Shown piece by piece: positions 19,749 to 29,526 of a DNA stretch of 64,000 nucleotides. Under the pieces are notes generated by a model. That model was not told where the DNA came from. It saw nothing but the letters and a program-made list of their open reading frames with translations, and did no database searches. Positions within the stretch are counted from its first letter, which is position 1, and each line of letters begins with the position of its first letter. Origin of the DNA: a virus (taxonomy: Duplodnaviria; Heunggongvirae; Uroviricota; Caudoviricetes); IMG/VR virus record IMGVR_UViG_3300032007_004072, positions 74,223-138,222 of that record. One strand, written 5' to 3'. The translations under genes were made by a program, and so were the position numbers.

Positions 19749-20480
19749 ATGAATAATAAATTATTTATGTCAGCTTTAGTAGGTTCACATAATTATAACC
19801 TTAATACTGAAACTTCTGATAAAGATTATAAAGTATTTGTGTTTCCTACTTTTGATGATTTATATAACAAAAAAGAAATTGCTAAATCGAAAGTATCAAA
19901 CGATTTAGATTATGAAGTTCACGACATAAGAAAATTATCTCAATTGTGGTGGAAAGCTAATATTAATTTTATTGAGGTTTTATTTAGTCGAGATGTTATG
20001 TATTATATTGATAGGGATAATGATCTTGTACAATTCATAGAACAAAATGATAGTGAATTAGCTACAATGAATCTTCCTTATCTTTATGATGCTTGTATGG
20101 GAATGAGTCTTAGAAAACAAAAGGATATGCTAATTGATAGTCCTGCTAGGCATAATAATATAGAAAAGTATGGTTATGATACAAAGTCAGCTTGTCATGC
20201 TATTAGAGTATTAGATTTTTTAGTTAAATTAGCTCAATGTGACTTTTCTTTTGGTAAAGCTATTTGGTATGATAATAGTGATATAAAAAGAGATTCACTT
20301 TTATCTATTAAACGAGGTATGTATACTTTAGAAGAAATTAAATATATGATTGAAACGTGTACCAACAATGCTAATTGCATTAAAGATGTCTATAAACAAC
20401 AAAAGCCTAATACTAAGCTAAAAGAACAATTAGATGAGGTTATTAAAGAACAATGCTACGAATTTATCAAGGAGATTTAA
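19749..20480 (+). CDS. Pol beta-superfamily nucleotidyltransferase (RlaP/YcgL-like phage type)
   Basis: GSHNYNLN...SDKDY (GS..DxD), KANINFIEVL, GYDTKSACHAIR. Confidence 0.82.
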   Translation: MNNKLFMSALVGSHNYNLNTETSDKDYKVFVFPTFDDLYNKKEIAKSKVSNDLDYEVHDIRKLSQLWWKANINFIEVLFSRDVMYYIDRDNDLVQFIEQNDSELATMNLPYLYDACMGMSLRKQKDMLIDSPARHNNIEKYGYDTKSACHAIRVLDFLVKLAQCDFSFGKAIWYDNSDIKRDSLLSIKRGMYTLEEIKYMIETCTNNANCIKDVYKQQKPNTKLKEQLDEVIKEQCYEFIKEI

Positions 20481-20989
20481 AAACAATAAAAGAGGAAATA
20501 GAAAAACTTTTTCGTAACTCTAAAGTTAGTAAATTAAAATTTAGTAAAAACATAATGAGTGAAAAGTTTCATGGTTTATTTTACGAGCCAACTCTTTTCT
20601 ATTTTCTTTACGACAAAGAATTTTTTAAGGATAAAGAAATAATAGATAACTTTATTAAGTTTGCTGAAAGTACAGATTCTATTATTGTCTGTATTATAGA
20701 AGAAGAACTAGACAAGAAAACAATAATCTATAAAAAATTTAAGCCATATATAAAAACAATATCAACTAATAAACAAAATAAAGTAGACTATAAAGCAGAA
20801 ATACTTAAAGATCTATCTTGTGTATATTTAGTAGACAATAGTAAATTTATTTCTATTCTTTTTTCACTTTCATACTCAAAATATAAACAATCAGCAGGAT
20901 TTGTATTATCTTTAATCCTTACAGGCAGGATGAACAATACAGAACTTGCTAAAAAATTATTCATAACTCTTGCGACAATGAAAGGTTGA
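20453..20989 (+). CDS. hypothetical protein, possibly clamp-loader delta-like
   Basis: Size and context only; weak resemblance. Confidence 0.3.
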   Translation: MLRIYQGDLKTIKEEIEKLFRNSKVSKLKFSKNIMSEKFHGLFYEPTLFYFLYDKEFFKDKEIIDNFIKFAESTDSIIVCIIEEELDKKTIIYKKFKPYIKTISTNKQNKVDYKAEILKDLSCVYLVDNSKFISILFSLSYSKYKQSAGFVLSLILTGRMNNTELAKKLFITLATMKG

Positions 20990-21431
20990 TATACTTTGGG
21001 ATTTATGTTAATGATGATTTGGTTAGTATTTTTAATTTCACTTATTGCGCTGATGATTCTAGCATTATATTTACTAGGAGGTAACAATGATGGATAAGCA
21101 TTACTATTTTTTCGGAACATTAGATAACAATACAAACGAATTTTCTAGGTATGTAAAAAAGTTTTGTACAAAAGATGAAGCTATTTCAATTATTGATACA
21201 TTAAAAACAAAGTACCCTAATAAAAATTTTGGATTCTTTTCCTTGGATGGTGATGACAATGTATAACTATTGGCTAACAGAAGGAGAAACAATTAAACAT
21301 AAAAAATTTGGTGTAGGTATTGTAATTAAAGCTAACAATATAGATACATGTTGGGCAGTACAAAATCTAAAAACTAATGAAATTCGTGTATTTGATAAAG
21401 AAGATTTACCTAATATGGAGGTGGTCAGTAA

Positions 21432-21701
21432 ATGATTAAATTAGATATAGCTAATAAACACCGTAAAAAATATGTAGCATTTGCACTTACACCTAACAAT
21501 GTAGAACATATTATTGCATCTGATACTAAAGCTAAACTAATGAAGTTTCTATTTTGTAATGCAAGTGTATTTGAAGATTTTTATATTTTTGATGGCAGAG
21601 GAAGAATTGTTAATGCTTATGAGTACAATAACAATATAAACATACAAAATATAGTAAAATATGGTATTACAACACCATATGTTGAGGTTCAATTTGTATA
21701 G
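21432..21701 (+). CDS. hypothetical protein
   Basis: ORF track. Confidence 0.6.
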   Translation: MIKLDIANKHRKKYVAFALTPNNVEHIIASDTKAKLMKFLFCNASVFEDFYIFDGRGRIVNAYEYNNNINIQNIVKYGITTPYVEVQFV

Positions 21702-21826
21702 AATTTTCGCAAAAATTCAAATATAATTTCTTTTGTTTCAGCCCTTGACAGAGCCTTTTATATTTGCTATACTATGTTCAAAGCCTAAGCAATAGGTAAG
21801 GAAATAGGGAAATCTAATCAGAAAGG

Positions 21827-22033
21827 ATGATTGTCATGGGTATCAAAGAAAAAGACATTGTATTGTATAACAATACATTTGTGCGTGTAGTCTTTTTGTG
21901 GAGAACAAAGGCAGTAATTATGGAAGGAACAAGAATTTTTGAAGTTCCTAAAAAACATTTGACTGCGCTAAATCCTGATGTTATTGCAGAAACCTTTGAG
22001 TTTTTGCGGAATGATTTTCGGTTTGTGGCATAA
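21827..22033 (+). CDS. hypothetical protein (start about 21837)
   Basis: Own promoter at about 21745; AGAAAGGA RBS. Confidence 0.6.
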   Translation: MIVMGIKEKDIVLYNNTFVRVVFLWRTKAVIMEGTRIFEVPKKHLTALNPDVIAETFEFLRNDFRFVA

Positions 22034-22487
22034 CAATATGCTTCAAATAATACACGCTTAAAACTTGTGTCGTTGAGCTTAGCGACCCAAACACGAAAAG
22101 AGTTCGGTTTGAGATGATATTTCTCGTAGAAGAACAAAACAATTATTGTTAAGAGCAAGGTGCGATACCTTGCTTTTCGTGTGTAATGGAGGGGATTATA
22201 TGTATGTAGTTCAAAATAAAGTTACTAAAAAATATTTAAGTATTAATAAGCATAGTCCTAATGTATGGAGCAGAGATATTGAATATGCAACTAAATTTTA
22301 TTCTTTGCAGGAAGCATGTGAAGCATTAAATCTTTATTATGGAGAGCCTGTTGAGATTGTAATTATATGATAGCATCTTATAAAAGTATTGTCAAGCATA
22401 AAATATAAAAAATTTCCTATTGACAAAATTCCTCCCATGTATTATAATAAGGACAGAGAAAATTGAGAATTAGGGAGAGGATTAACC

Positions 22488-22856
22488 ATGAAGAAAACTT
22501 TAATTGCTATGGCTATTGCCACCACCATTTCTAATGTAGGATTTGCACACCCTTTTCAAGACACTTCCTATTATAATGATATGGTAAAGGTCAATAATGA
22601 GCATAATCGTGCTGAAGTACTCTTAAACACTAAATCTTGCACAAAGAAAACTCATGCTACTTTTGTAGAATATAATGGTAAGGTACATTATATTGATGGT
22701 GTTAAAGATGTTACTATTAGATTTTTTCATGGACAGGAAGATGATTGGGCATTAATTAAATATGATAATGAAGAATACTTTAAGGAACTTAGAGTGGATG
22801 ACCCTATGCTTGTAAATCTATATTATTTTATGAAGGACTTCGCAAAGGAGATATGA
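22488..22856 (+). CDS. putative secreted protein
   Basis: Sec-type signal MKKTLIAMAIATTISNVGFA-H; own promoter. Confidence 0.7.
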   Translation: MKKTLIAMAIATTISNVGFAHPFQDTSYYNDMVKVNNEHNRAEVLLNTKSCTKKTHATFVEYNGKVHYIDGVKDVTIRFFHGQEDDWALIKYDNEEYFKELRVDDPMLVNLYYFMKDFAKEI

Positions 22857-23059
22857 ATTTGTCTAACCTAACGGCAACTACAATATTAGAGTATCAAAAT
22901 AAGTTTCAAAATATCACTACAAGAGCACAATGGCAAGCATTACGCAGAGAGTTAAGAGAAACCTATGGTGTTAGTGATATAGATGCTATTAACCTACTGA
23001 ATAACTATGACGTTTTAGGTACATTAGCAAAATATGAGGGGGCTAATAAAAATGTATGA
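22853..23059 (+). CDS. hypothetical protein
   Basis: ORF track. Confidence 0.6.
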   Translation: MNLSNLTATTILEYQNKFQNITTRAQWQALRRELRETYGVSDIDAINLLNNYDVLGTLAKYEGANKNV

Positions 23060-23264
23060 AACTCATTGGGTAGGACATGGACAAGATAATATACATGGTA
23101 CATTTTCTACATTAGAAGAAGCACAACAATCTGTAATGGATTGGTGGAAAGAGAATAATTATGAGCCACCTTATGTAAGGCAATGGACAAGAGATAATGT
23201 AACAATATGGGATTATGGTTCTCATACTTGTTTTTATCATTTTGTTGAGGTAAACAATGAGTAA
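23034..23264 (+). CDS. hypothetical protein (start about 23052)
   Basis: YVR.W...N....DYGSHTCF motif. Confidence 0.65.
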   Translation: MRGLIKMYETHWVGHGQDNIHGTFSTLEEAQQSVMDWWKENNYEPPYVRQWTRDNVTIWDYGSHTCFYHFVEVNNE

Positions 23265-23484
23265 TAGACTAAAAGAGTTAAGGATGCACAAACTAATAGA
23301 ATCGCAAAGAGAACTTGCTATTCAAGTTAACAAAAAGTATGGTGGAAATGCAATAAGCTATGGAACGATTGCAACATTAGAAAGAGGGGAAGGGAATCCT
23401 CGGTGGAAAACAATTCTAATGTTAAGTGATTTCTTTGGTGTTACACCACAATATTTAATGGGTTATGATGAAAGGAGAAATTAA
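23257..23484 (+). CDS. XRE/Cro-type HTH regulator
   Basis: NRLKELR...SQRELA...TIATLERGEGNP...LSDFFGVTPQYLMG. Confidence 0.88.
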   Translation: MSNRLKELRMHKLIESQRELAIQVNKKYGGNAISYGTIATLERGEGNPRWKTILMLSDFFGVTPQYLMGYDERRN

Positions 23485-23486
23485 TT

Positions 23487-23945
23487 ATGAAAACTAAGCA
23501 ACTTCCTTATGACGCTAGAATGTATCTTTGTGATGATATTTGCAAGTTAGCAGACAATCTTTCTAGCACAAGTAATAATTGGAAAAGAACTTTTTATGAT
23601 TTACTGAATGATTATGTACCGCCGATTGTAAAGAAGAATGAGTCTGATTGCTTTAACTTCCATATGGAAGAAATTAAGCACTATTTGAAAGATGCATACA
23701 ATGATGGTAATAGACCTAGTTCCTTTACTCAATTATTGGATTCAGCATTAGATACCTATTTGTGTGAAAAGGTTATTATCAATATGGATGTAGTCGCATA
23801 TAACTTCCTTATTAACCTTATTAATAGTATTGGATTACAAAGAAGTGTTAGTTATGAGATGGTAGATATTATTGCAAGTAATGCTAATGAGTATACTTCG
23901 CCACAAGAACTTGCAGATAATCTCCGTAGCATGATAGAGGACTAA
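23487..23945 (+). CDS. hypothetical protein
   Basis: ORF track; followed by GCAGG terminator; resembles C-termini of next two genes. Confidence 0.7.
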   Translation: MKTKQLPYDARMYLCDDICKLADNLSSTSNNWKRTFYDLLNDYVPPIVKKNESDCFNFHMEEIKHYLKDAYNDGNRPSSFTQLLDSALDTYLCEKVIINMDVVAYNFLINLINSIGLQRSVSYEMVDIIASNANEYTSPQELADNLRSMIED

Positions 23946-24035
23946 AATATGGGCAGGAAATTTTTCCTGCCTTTTCTATTGACAAGACTTTTTATTTGTG
24001 TTATACTTTAGATACAGTCGAAAGGAGAGGTAGAC

Positions 24036-24707
24036 ATGAAAAGTAAAATGATTGAAGGATTAACTAAACAGTTGGGAATGCCTGTTGGAAGTTCGTTTAC
24101 GCTTAGAAGTATTGCAGGAAAGTATACAATCACTAATGATGGTATTGTTAAAGATGGTAAATTGATTAGTCAGCAGGAACTTCTATATATTCTTTATTGT
24201 GGCAAAAAGCATAACGATTTGTACTATGTAGAAGTTAGTCAGCAAGAAAGATTTAAAGACCTTTATCCACTATTTAGTATGTACGATTATGTAGAAAAGT
24301 TTAAGGGCGTTCTTTTTGAAGATGGTAATTCTGCACAAGATGCTATTGATGTTGTGTCTGTAGAGTGGGTACAGGAGATTATGGTAACTAAATTTAATGC
24401 AGATTGCCTTGCCCCATTTATTGAAAAAGCACTTGAACAAAAAGATGTAGATATTGTGGATATGAAGCAAATTTTTAAGTATACTTTAGAGTATATTTTT
24501 GATGAGTTTATTTCCAACGATATTCTTGAAGCACTTACATTTAATTACTTGGTAGACTATGTTAAAGCTAATGCTATAGATGTATCAAGTGAAAATATTT
24601 GGGGTATTATTTATGAACGATTAGATTATACTTCTTGTTCTTATAAAGAAGCATTAAATGAACTTAAGGAGGATATTAAAAATGACTACGCAGGAAAAGA
24701 TTGCTAA
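24036..24707 (+). CDS. hypothetical protein (paralog of 24682..25383)
   Basis: Shared I.K.LG......F N-terminal module. Confidence 0.7.
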   Translation: MKSKMIEGLTKQLGMPVGSSFTLRSIAGKYTITNDGIVKDGKLISQQELLYILYCGKKHNDLYYVEVSQQERFKDLYPLFSMYDYVEKFKGVLFEDGNSAQDAIDVVSVEWVQEIMVTKFNADCLAPFIEKALEQKDVDIVDMKQIFKYTLEYIFDEFISNDILEALTFNYLVDYVKANAIDVSSENIWGIIYERLDYTSCSYKEALNELKEDIKNDYAGKDC

Positions 24708-25383
24708 ACATTTAGGTGTTAATATCAATGAACCTTTTATGATTAGTGAGTGGGGGCATAATCCCTTTCATGTTGACCCTAATCTTGGGCTTGTAACTCA
24801 TGATGGTGATAGAGTATCTAATGCGCTATTACAGGAAATTTTCTTTGGTGATGTCCATATTATTAAATTGGATAAAAGAAAGTTTACTATTCCTTCTCGT
24901 ATGTATCAGTATGTAGACTGTTATCTTAAAGATGAACTTATTAAAGAATGTATTGAACTCGAAAGATTTAGTGATAGACCATTTTATGATAGAATTATTG
25001 ATGTTGCTGATAATATGGCAATAAAACATAAAGGTGATATTAAGTATATTTATCAGTTCAAAGATTATATTGACGATTTTCTTGATGTAGCAATGGATGA
25101 TAGTTTTGCAGGTGTTTCATATTTAACAGATATGAATAGAATTTTTCTTGCACATTCACTAGATAAAATTATCATCAATAACTATTTAACTACTATTGGT
25201 TTTAATATTCTTGCTAAATATGTGCAAACTATTGGCTTAGATACTATTAAAACAACAAATGAAGTAGAACATATTATGGAAGAAGTAGCAAGAGAAATGG
25301 ATGTAGAAGATACGCAACAAGATATTATCAACAAACTTATTGAGAAGGTGAATACTAATGAGCAAGTTAATTCAAATTCTTAA
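24682..25383 (+). CDS. hypothetical protein
   Basis: ORF track trimmed to ATG 24682 after AAGGAGG. Confidence 0.7.
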   Translation: MTTQEKIAKHLGVNINEPFMISEWGHNPFHVDPNLGLVTHDGDRVSNALLQEIFFGDVHIIKLDKRKFTIPSRMYQYVDCYLKDELIKECIELERFSDRPFYDRIIDVADNMAIKHKGDIKYIYQFKDYIDDFLDVAMDDSFAGVSYLTDMNRIFLAHSLDKIIINNYLTTIGFNILAKYVQTIGLDTIKTTNEVEHIMEEVAREMDVEDTQQDIINKLIEKVNTNEQVNSNS

Positions 25384-25555
25384 AGATTTAGAAGTTCCGT
25401 TTGAACTCAAACGAAATTCCATAGTGGTTGGTAAAAAGCGTATGTATGTAGTAGGACAATATGTATACTTTAGTTATCCTAATAGTGAGTCAAAACTTAG
25501 TATTAACAATCCTATGTTAAAATCATGGATTAGATATTATGTAGGAGGTAAATAA
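25358..25555 (+). CDS. hypothetical protein (similar to 36829..37044)
   Basis: IL..L.(V/I)P(F/Y) start motif. Confidence 0.6.
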   Translation: MSKLIQILKDLEVPFELKRNSIVVGKKRMYVVGQYVYFSYPNSESKLSINNPMLKSWIRYYVGGK

Positions 25556-25800
25556 TGGATAGGCTAAAAGATTTACTCGATATCTATAATGCTGAATATG
25601 CTGTAAAAGAAGATACAATTTACCTTACAGATTATGGCGATATTTGGGGTAGTATCTATTATACTGACAAAGATGAGTATTATCATTTTGAATATGGCAA
25701 TACAGAGATTAAGGTATGGAAACAAGACCCACATTTAGGTGAGTATGTAGAGCATTATCTTAATGGTTTTGATGATTTTGTAGAATTTGTGGAGGGGTAA
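25555..25800 (+). CDS. acidic hypothetical protein
   Basis: ORF track. Confidence 0.6.
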   Translation: MDRLKDLLDIYNAEYAVKEDTIYLTDYGDIWGSIYYTDKDEYYHFEYGNTEIKVWKQDPHLGEYVEHYLNGFDDFVEFVEG

Positions 25801-25802
25801 TA

Positions 25803-26027
25803 ATGACCATAAAAGAAATTACCTATCAACATAGAAGGGATTTTAAGGCTATCTTTGCTTGTTCTGCTTGTGGTTATGAGGAAGAGCGTTGGGGTTATGA
25901 TGATGATAACTTTCATAGAAATGTAGTACCTAAAATACAATGCCCTCATTGTGGACTATCAGAAGAAGATTTAGGTACTGATTATAGACCTATAGGAACA
26001 AAGTATGCGGAGGGTGTACAAGTATGA
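25803..26027 (+). CDS. zinc-ribbon protein
   Basis: CSAC...CPHC; RRDF..YDD.NFH. Confidence 0.72.
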   Translation: MTIKEITYQHRRDFKAIFACSACGYEEERWGYDDDNFHRNVVPKIQCPHCGLSEEDLGTDYRPIGTKYAEGVQV

Positions 26028-26191
26028 GAATCAAAACAGTAATACATAGAAATCCTAATGCGGTTATTGCTACTTTTGAATGTCCTTATTGTGGTTGTAC
26101 GGCTGATAGATGGTCAGATAATAGTAAGGACTTTCAAGATACTATCAAATGTCCTAATTGTGGTAAAACTGAAAAAGATGTTAAGAAATAA
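26024..26191 (+). CDS. zinc-ribbon protein, paralog of preceding gene (not in track)
   Basis: MRIKTVIHRN...FECPYCG...IKCPNCG; ATGA overlap. Confidence 0.65.
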   Translation: MRIKTVIHRNPNAVIATFECPYCGCTADRWSDNSKDFQDTIKCPNCGKTEKDVKK

Positions 26192-26279
26192 CTTTAAGCA
26201 GGAAATTTTTCCTGCTTTTTCTATTGACATTACTTTTAGGCTATGTTATACTTTAATCAAGGTTAAAGGAGGAATTGAA

Positions 26280-26843
26280 ATGACTAGAGAAGAAATGCTT
26301 AAGGAAGTTGTATTTAATGTAAATCAGTTAAGGAATGAACTTATTCAGAAAGGCTTTAATGTATTTCCTATTAGGGAAGTTAAACTTTCTACAAGATGTA
26401 CTAGAAGATTTGGTTTATGTACTTATCATAGAGATGATTACGGAGAGATTATTGAGGTTACTATTACTATTTCTGATATTTGTTTTCATAGTACAAAAAA
26501 TTGTTTGCGTGATGTTATTTTACATGAGCTTTGTCATGCTATGCCTAATGGACAAGGACATAGAGAATGGTTTCAGAATTATGCTAGAAAAGTAATGCAA
26601 CTTTATGATAACTGCCATATTGGTACATATTCTACTCATGAAGAAGCTGAAAAGAAAAATGAATATATTAAATCTATTGATAGATACAGAGAATATAAAT
26701 ACAAAGTAACCTGTAATAATTGTGGTCATAGTTACTATTATAAAAATGAAACTAAATTTGTTCGTCAGATTAGATTAGGGACAAGACTCACTTATCGTTG
26801 TGGTGCATGTAAACATAAAGAATTTAATTTAGAAATTTTATAA
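26280..26843 (+). CDS. SprT-like metalloprotease with zinc ribbon
   Basis: ILHELCHA (HExxH), GH..WF, CNNC...CGAC; start ATG 26280. Confidence 0.87.
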   Translation: MTREEMLKEVVFNVNQLRNELIQKGFNVFPIREVKLSTRCTRRFGLCTYHRDDYGEIIEVTITISDICFHSTKNCLRDVILHELCHAMPNGQGHREWFQNYARKVMQLYDNCHIGTYSTHEEAEKKNEYIKSIDRYREYKYKVTCNNCGHSYYYKNETKFVRQIRLGTRLTYRCGACKHKEFNLEIL

Positions 26844-26901
26844 AACATATTGACAAAACTTTTTATATGTGTTAATATATAATCATAAGGAGGAAATAAA
26901 A

Positions 26902-27036
26902 ATGATTAGTAAAACTATTATGTGTTTAGCTATCTTGTTCGCATTGATTGGTGAATATAAGTATAATTTTTATTATGAGGATTTGCTGATTATGCTTATG
27001 CTTGTGGCTATCTATTTTAAGAAGGGAGAGATTTAA
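26902..27036 (+). CDS. 44-aa hydrophobic peptide (not in track)
   Basis: Own promoter, AAGGAGG RBS, MISKTIMCLAILFALIG... Confidence 0.6.
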   Translation: MISKTIMCLAILFALIGEYKYNFYYEDLLIMLMLVAIYFKKGEI

Positions 27037-27037
27037 T

Positions 27038-27445
27038 ATGAATCTGTATGATAATGGTTGTTATATGTGGGATGGTTTAGTTTTAGGTATGGCTAGAGCA
27101 CTTATTAGTGAAGCTGAACATATTTTAGATGAAGAAGATTGTCATATTTATGACAGTATTCTAAATAAGATTGATGAAAATTGTATTGATACACAAGCAG
27201 TTGACCTTCTTGTACATACTGCAAGAGCATATTGTGAAGCAGGACTTCTTTGTAATGAGTATGAGGAAGATAAGCAAGAAGAAGGTTTTGACCTTTTCTA
27301 CGACCTTTATTTGGGTAATAAACACCACTTATTGCAGGATAATGATAATGCTAATAAATTTTATGATAAATATCAGAAAATTTTTGAGAGAACACCTAAT
27401 ATTGGTGAATCTGTAGATGGTGATATTAGAGTATTTTTTGAATAA
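27038..27445 (+). CDS. acidic hypothetical protein
   Basis: ORF track trimmed to ATG 27038. Confidence 0.65.
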   Translation: MNLYDNGCYMWDGLVLGMARALISEAEHILDEEDCHIYDSILNKIDENCIDTQAVDLLVHTARAYCEAGLLCNEYEEDKQEEGFDLFYDLYLGNKHHLLQDNDNANKFYDKYQKIFERTPNIGESVDGDIRVFFE

Positions 27446-27681
27446 ACCTATTGACAAGACTTTGAATGTATGATAATATATAATCAAACGAAAGGAGAGA
27501 TACATATGAAACTTAGAATTACTGTAACAGGTATTGCAGACATTGAAGTACCTAAAGAACTTGAAGATGAAGACATTGATACTATTTGGAATGAATTGCA
27601 GGATGATATATCTTGTGTAGATTGTGGAGAACTTTATAGCATTGATAGTGAACCTTTAGATTTAGATATGGAGGATTAATT

Positions 27682-27969
27682 ATGATTAGATGTAATAATT
27701 GCATGTCTGTATTTAAGTGTGAAGAAGATATGCCGATGATGCAATTAGGTGAGGATTATACTTATGCTTGTCCTAATTGTAAAACGGATGAGTATTTAAT
27801 GGATATTGAAAAAGTTCTACTTAAAGTCAATCTTACCGCTTATGTAGAAGTACCTACAAAACTTTGTGGGCTTACTAAGGAAGAAATATTTGAGATTTTG
27901 GCTGATAAAGTAGATATTGGTGAACTTATTTGTGTTGAAGGTAAACCTATTGGATTGGAGGTGCATTAA
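27682..27969 (+). CDS. zinc-ribbon protein
   Basis: CNNC...CPNC.TDEYLMD. Confidence 0.68.
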   Translation: MIRCNNCMSVFKCEEDMPMMQLGEDYTYACPNCKTDEYLMDIEKVLLKVNLTAYVEVPTKLCGLTKEEIFEILADKVDIGELICVEGKPIGLEVH

Positions 27970-28145
27970 ATGAGCCTTAAATCCTTTAATCAAGTTTGGG
28001 AAGAACTTGCTAATATTCCTTTTGATGAAGTAGATGGAGAACTCTTCTTGGCAGAAGATTGGTATTTCTTCACTAAAGGTACATCAAGAGAAGATGTTTG
28101 GCATGGCTTAGAAGATTTGTATGGTGTAGCTATAGGAGATTTATT

Positions 28146-28556
28146 ATGAGTAAATTAGAAGAATTGTATAAAAATAGTGATAAATATACACATTGTTCTT
28201 ATAATGAATGGCTTTATGATTTTGGCTTATTCATTAATGATAATCTTTCTGATTATGAAAAGTGTCTTATCTATAATGAAATAGCACAAAATAGACACTA
28301 TGCTATGTGGGATAATATTGATGATATATCTGAAATATTTGGTCACGATTTTCTGCATGTATATAGTTTAATTGACCACGATAGATTTAATATTTATGAC
28401 GATATTATTTTTGAAGAGGGGTGCTTGATTGTATCCTATACTTATGCTGATTTTATTAGTGAGTATTGGAACATAGAAGATATTGTAACTTATATTAGTA
28501 AGTTTGGCTTAGAAAATTTAATCAATAAAGATTTAATTCTTGACAAACTAGATTAA
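28146..28556 (+). CDS. acidic hypothetical protein (weakly similar to 57267..57656)
   Basis: ORF track trimmed to ATG 28146. Confidence 0.65.
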   Translation: MSKLEELYKNSDKYTHCSYNEWLYDFGLFINDNLSDYEKCLIYNEIAQNRHYAMWDNIDDISEIFGHDFLHVYSLIDHDRFNIYDDIIFEEGCLIVSYTYADFISEYWNIEDIVTYISKFGLENLINKDLILDKLD

Positions 28557-28591
28557 GTGTGTTAGTATAATATTAAAGGCAGGTGATTAGC

Positions 28592-28687
28592 TTGATTGTA
28601 TTGGGGTTCTTAGCATTTGGATGTGGTTTCATTGTCACGATAGCTTTATTCTTACTAATTGAATGTATAGATGCAATAAAAAAATAA
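28592..28687 (+). CDS. 31-aa single-TM peptide (not in track)
   Basis: Own promoter; AGGTG RBS; MIVLGFLAFGCGFIVTIALFLLIECIDAIKK. Confidence 0.55.
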   Translation: MIVLGFLAFGCGFIVTIALFLLIECIDAIKK

Positions 28688-28757
28688 GAATAACCTATTG
28701 ACAAAACTTCAAAAGTATGATAAGATATAATCAAGATAAAGGAAAGGAGAGATAATC

Positions 28758-28841
28758 ATGACACTATCAATTATCCTATTGGTAAGTTTTGTAAGCTATA
28801 TGGTTTATAAAACTGTAAAAACTTTAGAAAATATTGCTTGA
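28758..28841 (+). CDS. 27-aa single-TM peptide (not in track)
   Basis: Own promoter; AAAGGAG RBS; MTLSIILLVSFVSYMVYKTVKTLENIA. Confidence 0.6.
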   Translation: MTLSIILLVSFVSYMVYKTVKTLENIA

Positions 28842-28910
28842 CAAGCAATGAAAAGTATGGTAAACTTAAAGCATAAAAAATTTAAGGATTTAGGAAAAGG
28901 AGAATGTAAA

Positions 28911-29378
28911 ATGGAAAACATGGTAAATGTAGTTAATGGTGTTAATTTTGTAGAAGAATCTAAGGAGGAAAAGGCAATGATGAACGAAGAAGTAAAAGCA
29001 CAGGAAAATGTTGTTGTAGCTAATAAGGAGGAAAAGGAAATGATGAATGAAGAAGTTAAACAGGAAAATAATCATGAAGGTATGGTACGCCGTTTCTGTG
29101 TAGAATGTGGTAAGGAACTTTGGCTTCCGCAGGGTAGCAGACAGACCATTTGCAATGAGTGCAAGGCTGAAAAGAAAGCTATGGCGGCAAAGGTAGCACA
29201 TGAACGTGCAATGGAACGCAAGGCTAAATTGGGGTTGGTTACGAAATCTTTGAGCATCTATGAATCCACCTTTAATATTCTCCGTAATGGTAGTAAAGAA
29301 AAAGGAATCTCCATTGCAGAATATCTCCGTATCTTGGTAGAAGGTGAGCAGAAAGCCGAACAGGAAGAAATCGCATGA
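28911..29378 (+). CDS. zinc-ribbon plus RHH-like DNA-binding protein
   Basis: CVEC...CNEC then LSIYESTF..L......GISIAEYLR.L; strong terminator 29383-29416. Confidence 0.65.
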   Translation: MENMVNVVNGVNFVEESKEEKAMMNEEVKAQENVVVANKEEKEMMNEEVKQENNHEGMVRRFCVECGKELWLPQGSRQTICNECKAEKKAMAAKVAHERAMERKAKLGLVTKSLSIYESTFNILRNGSKEKGISIAEYLRILVEGEQKAEQEEIA

Positions 29379-29526
29379 TTATAAAAGGACTACGAAACAT
29401 TTCGTAGTCCTTTTTATTGCTTCAAATTGTTTTCTATTATTTTAATTTTTACAGTTGACATGATTTTTATAGTGTGGTATATTATATATGTAATAAGTTT
29501 ATACTTTGAGGGGAGAAATTTAAGAA

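Noticed and set aside
21770-21825. c-di-GMP-I riboswitch (CAAAGCC..TAGGTA)
   Set aside because: Lacks the P2 GNRA tetraloop stem and conserved GGCAAACC/GGGACG elements.
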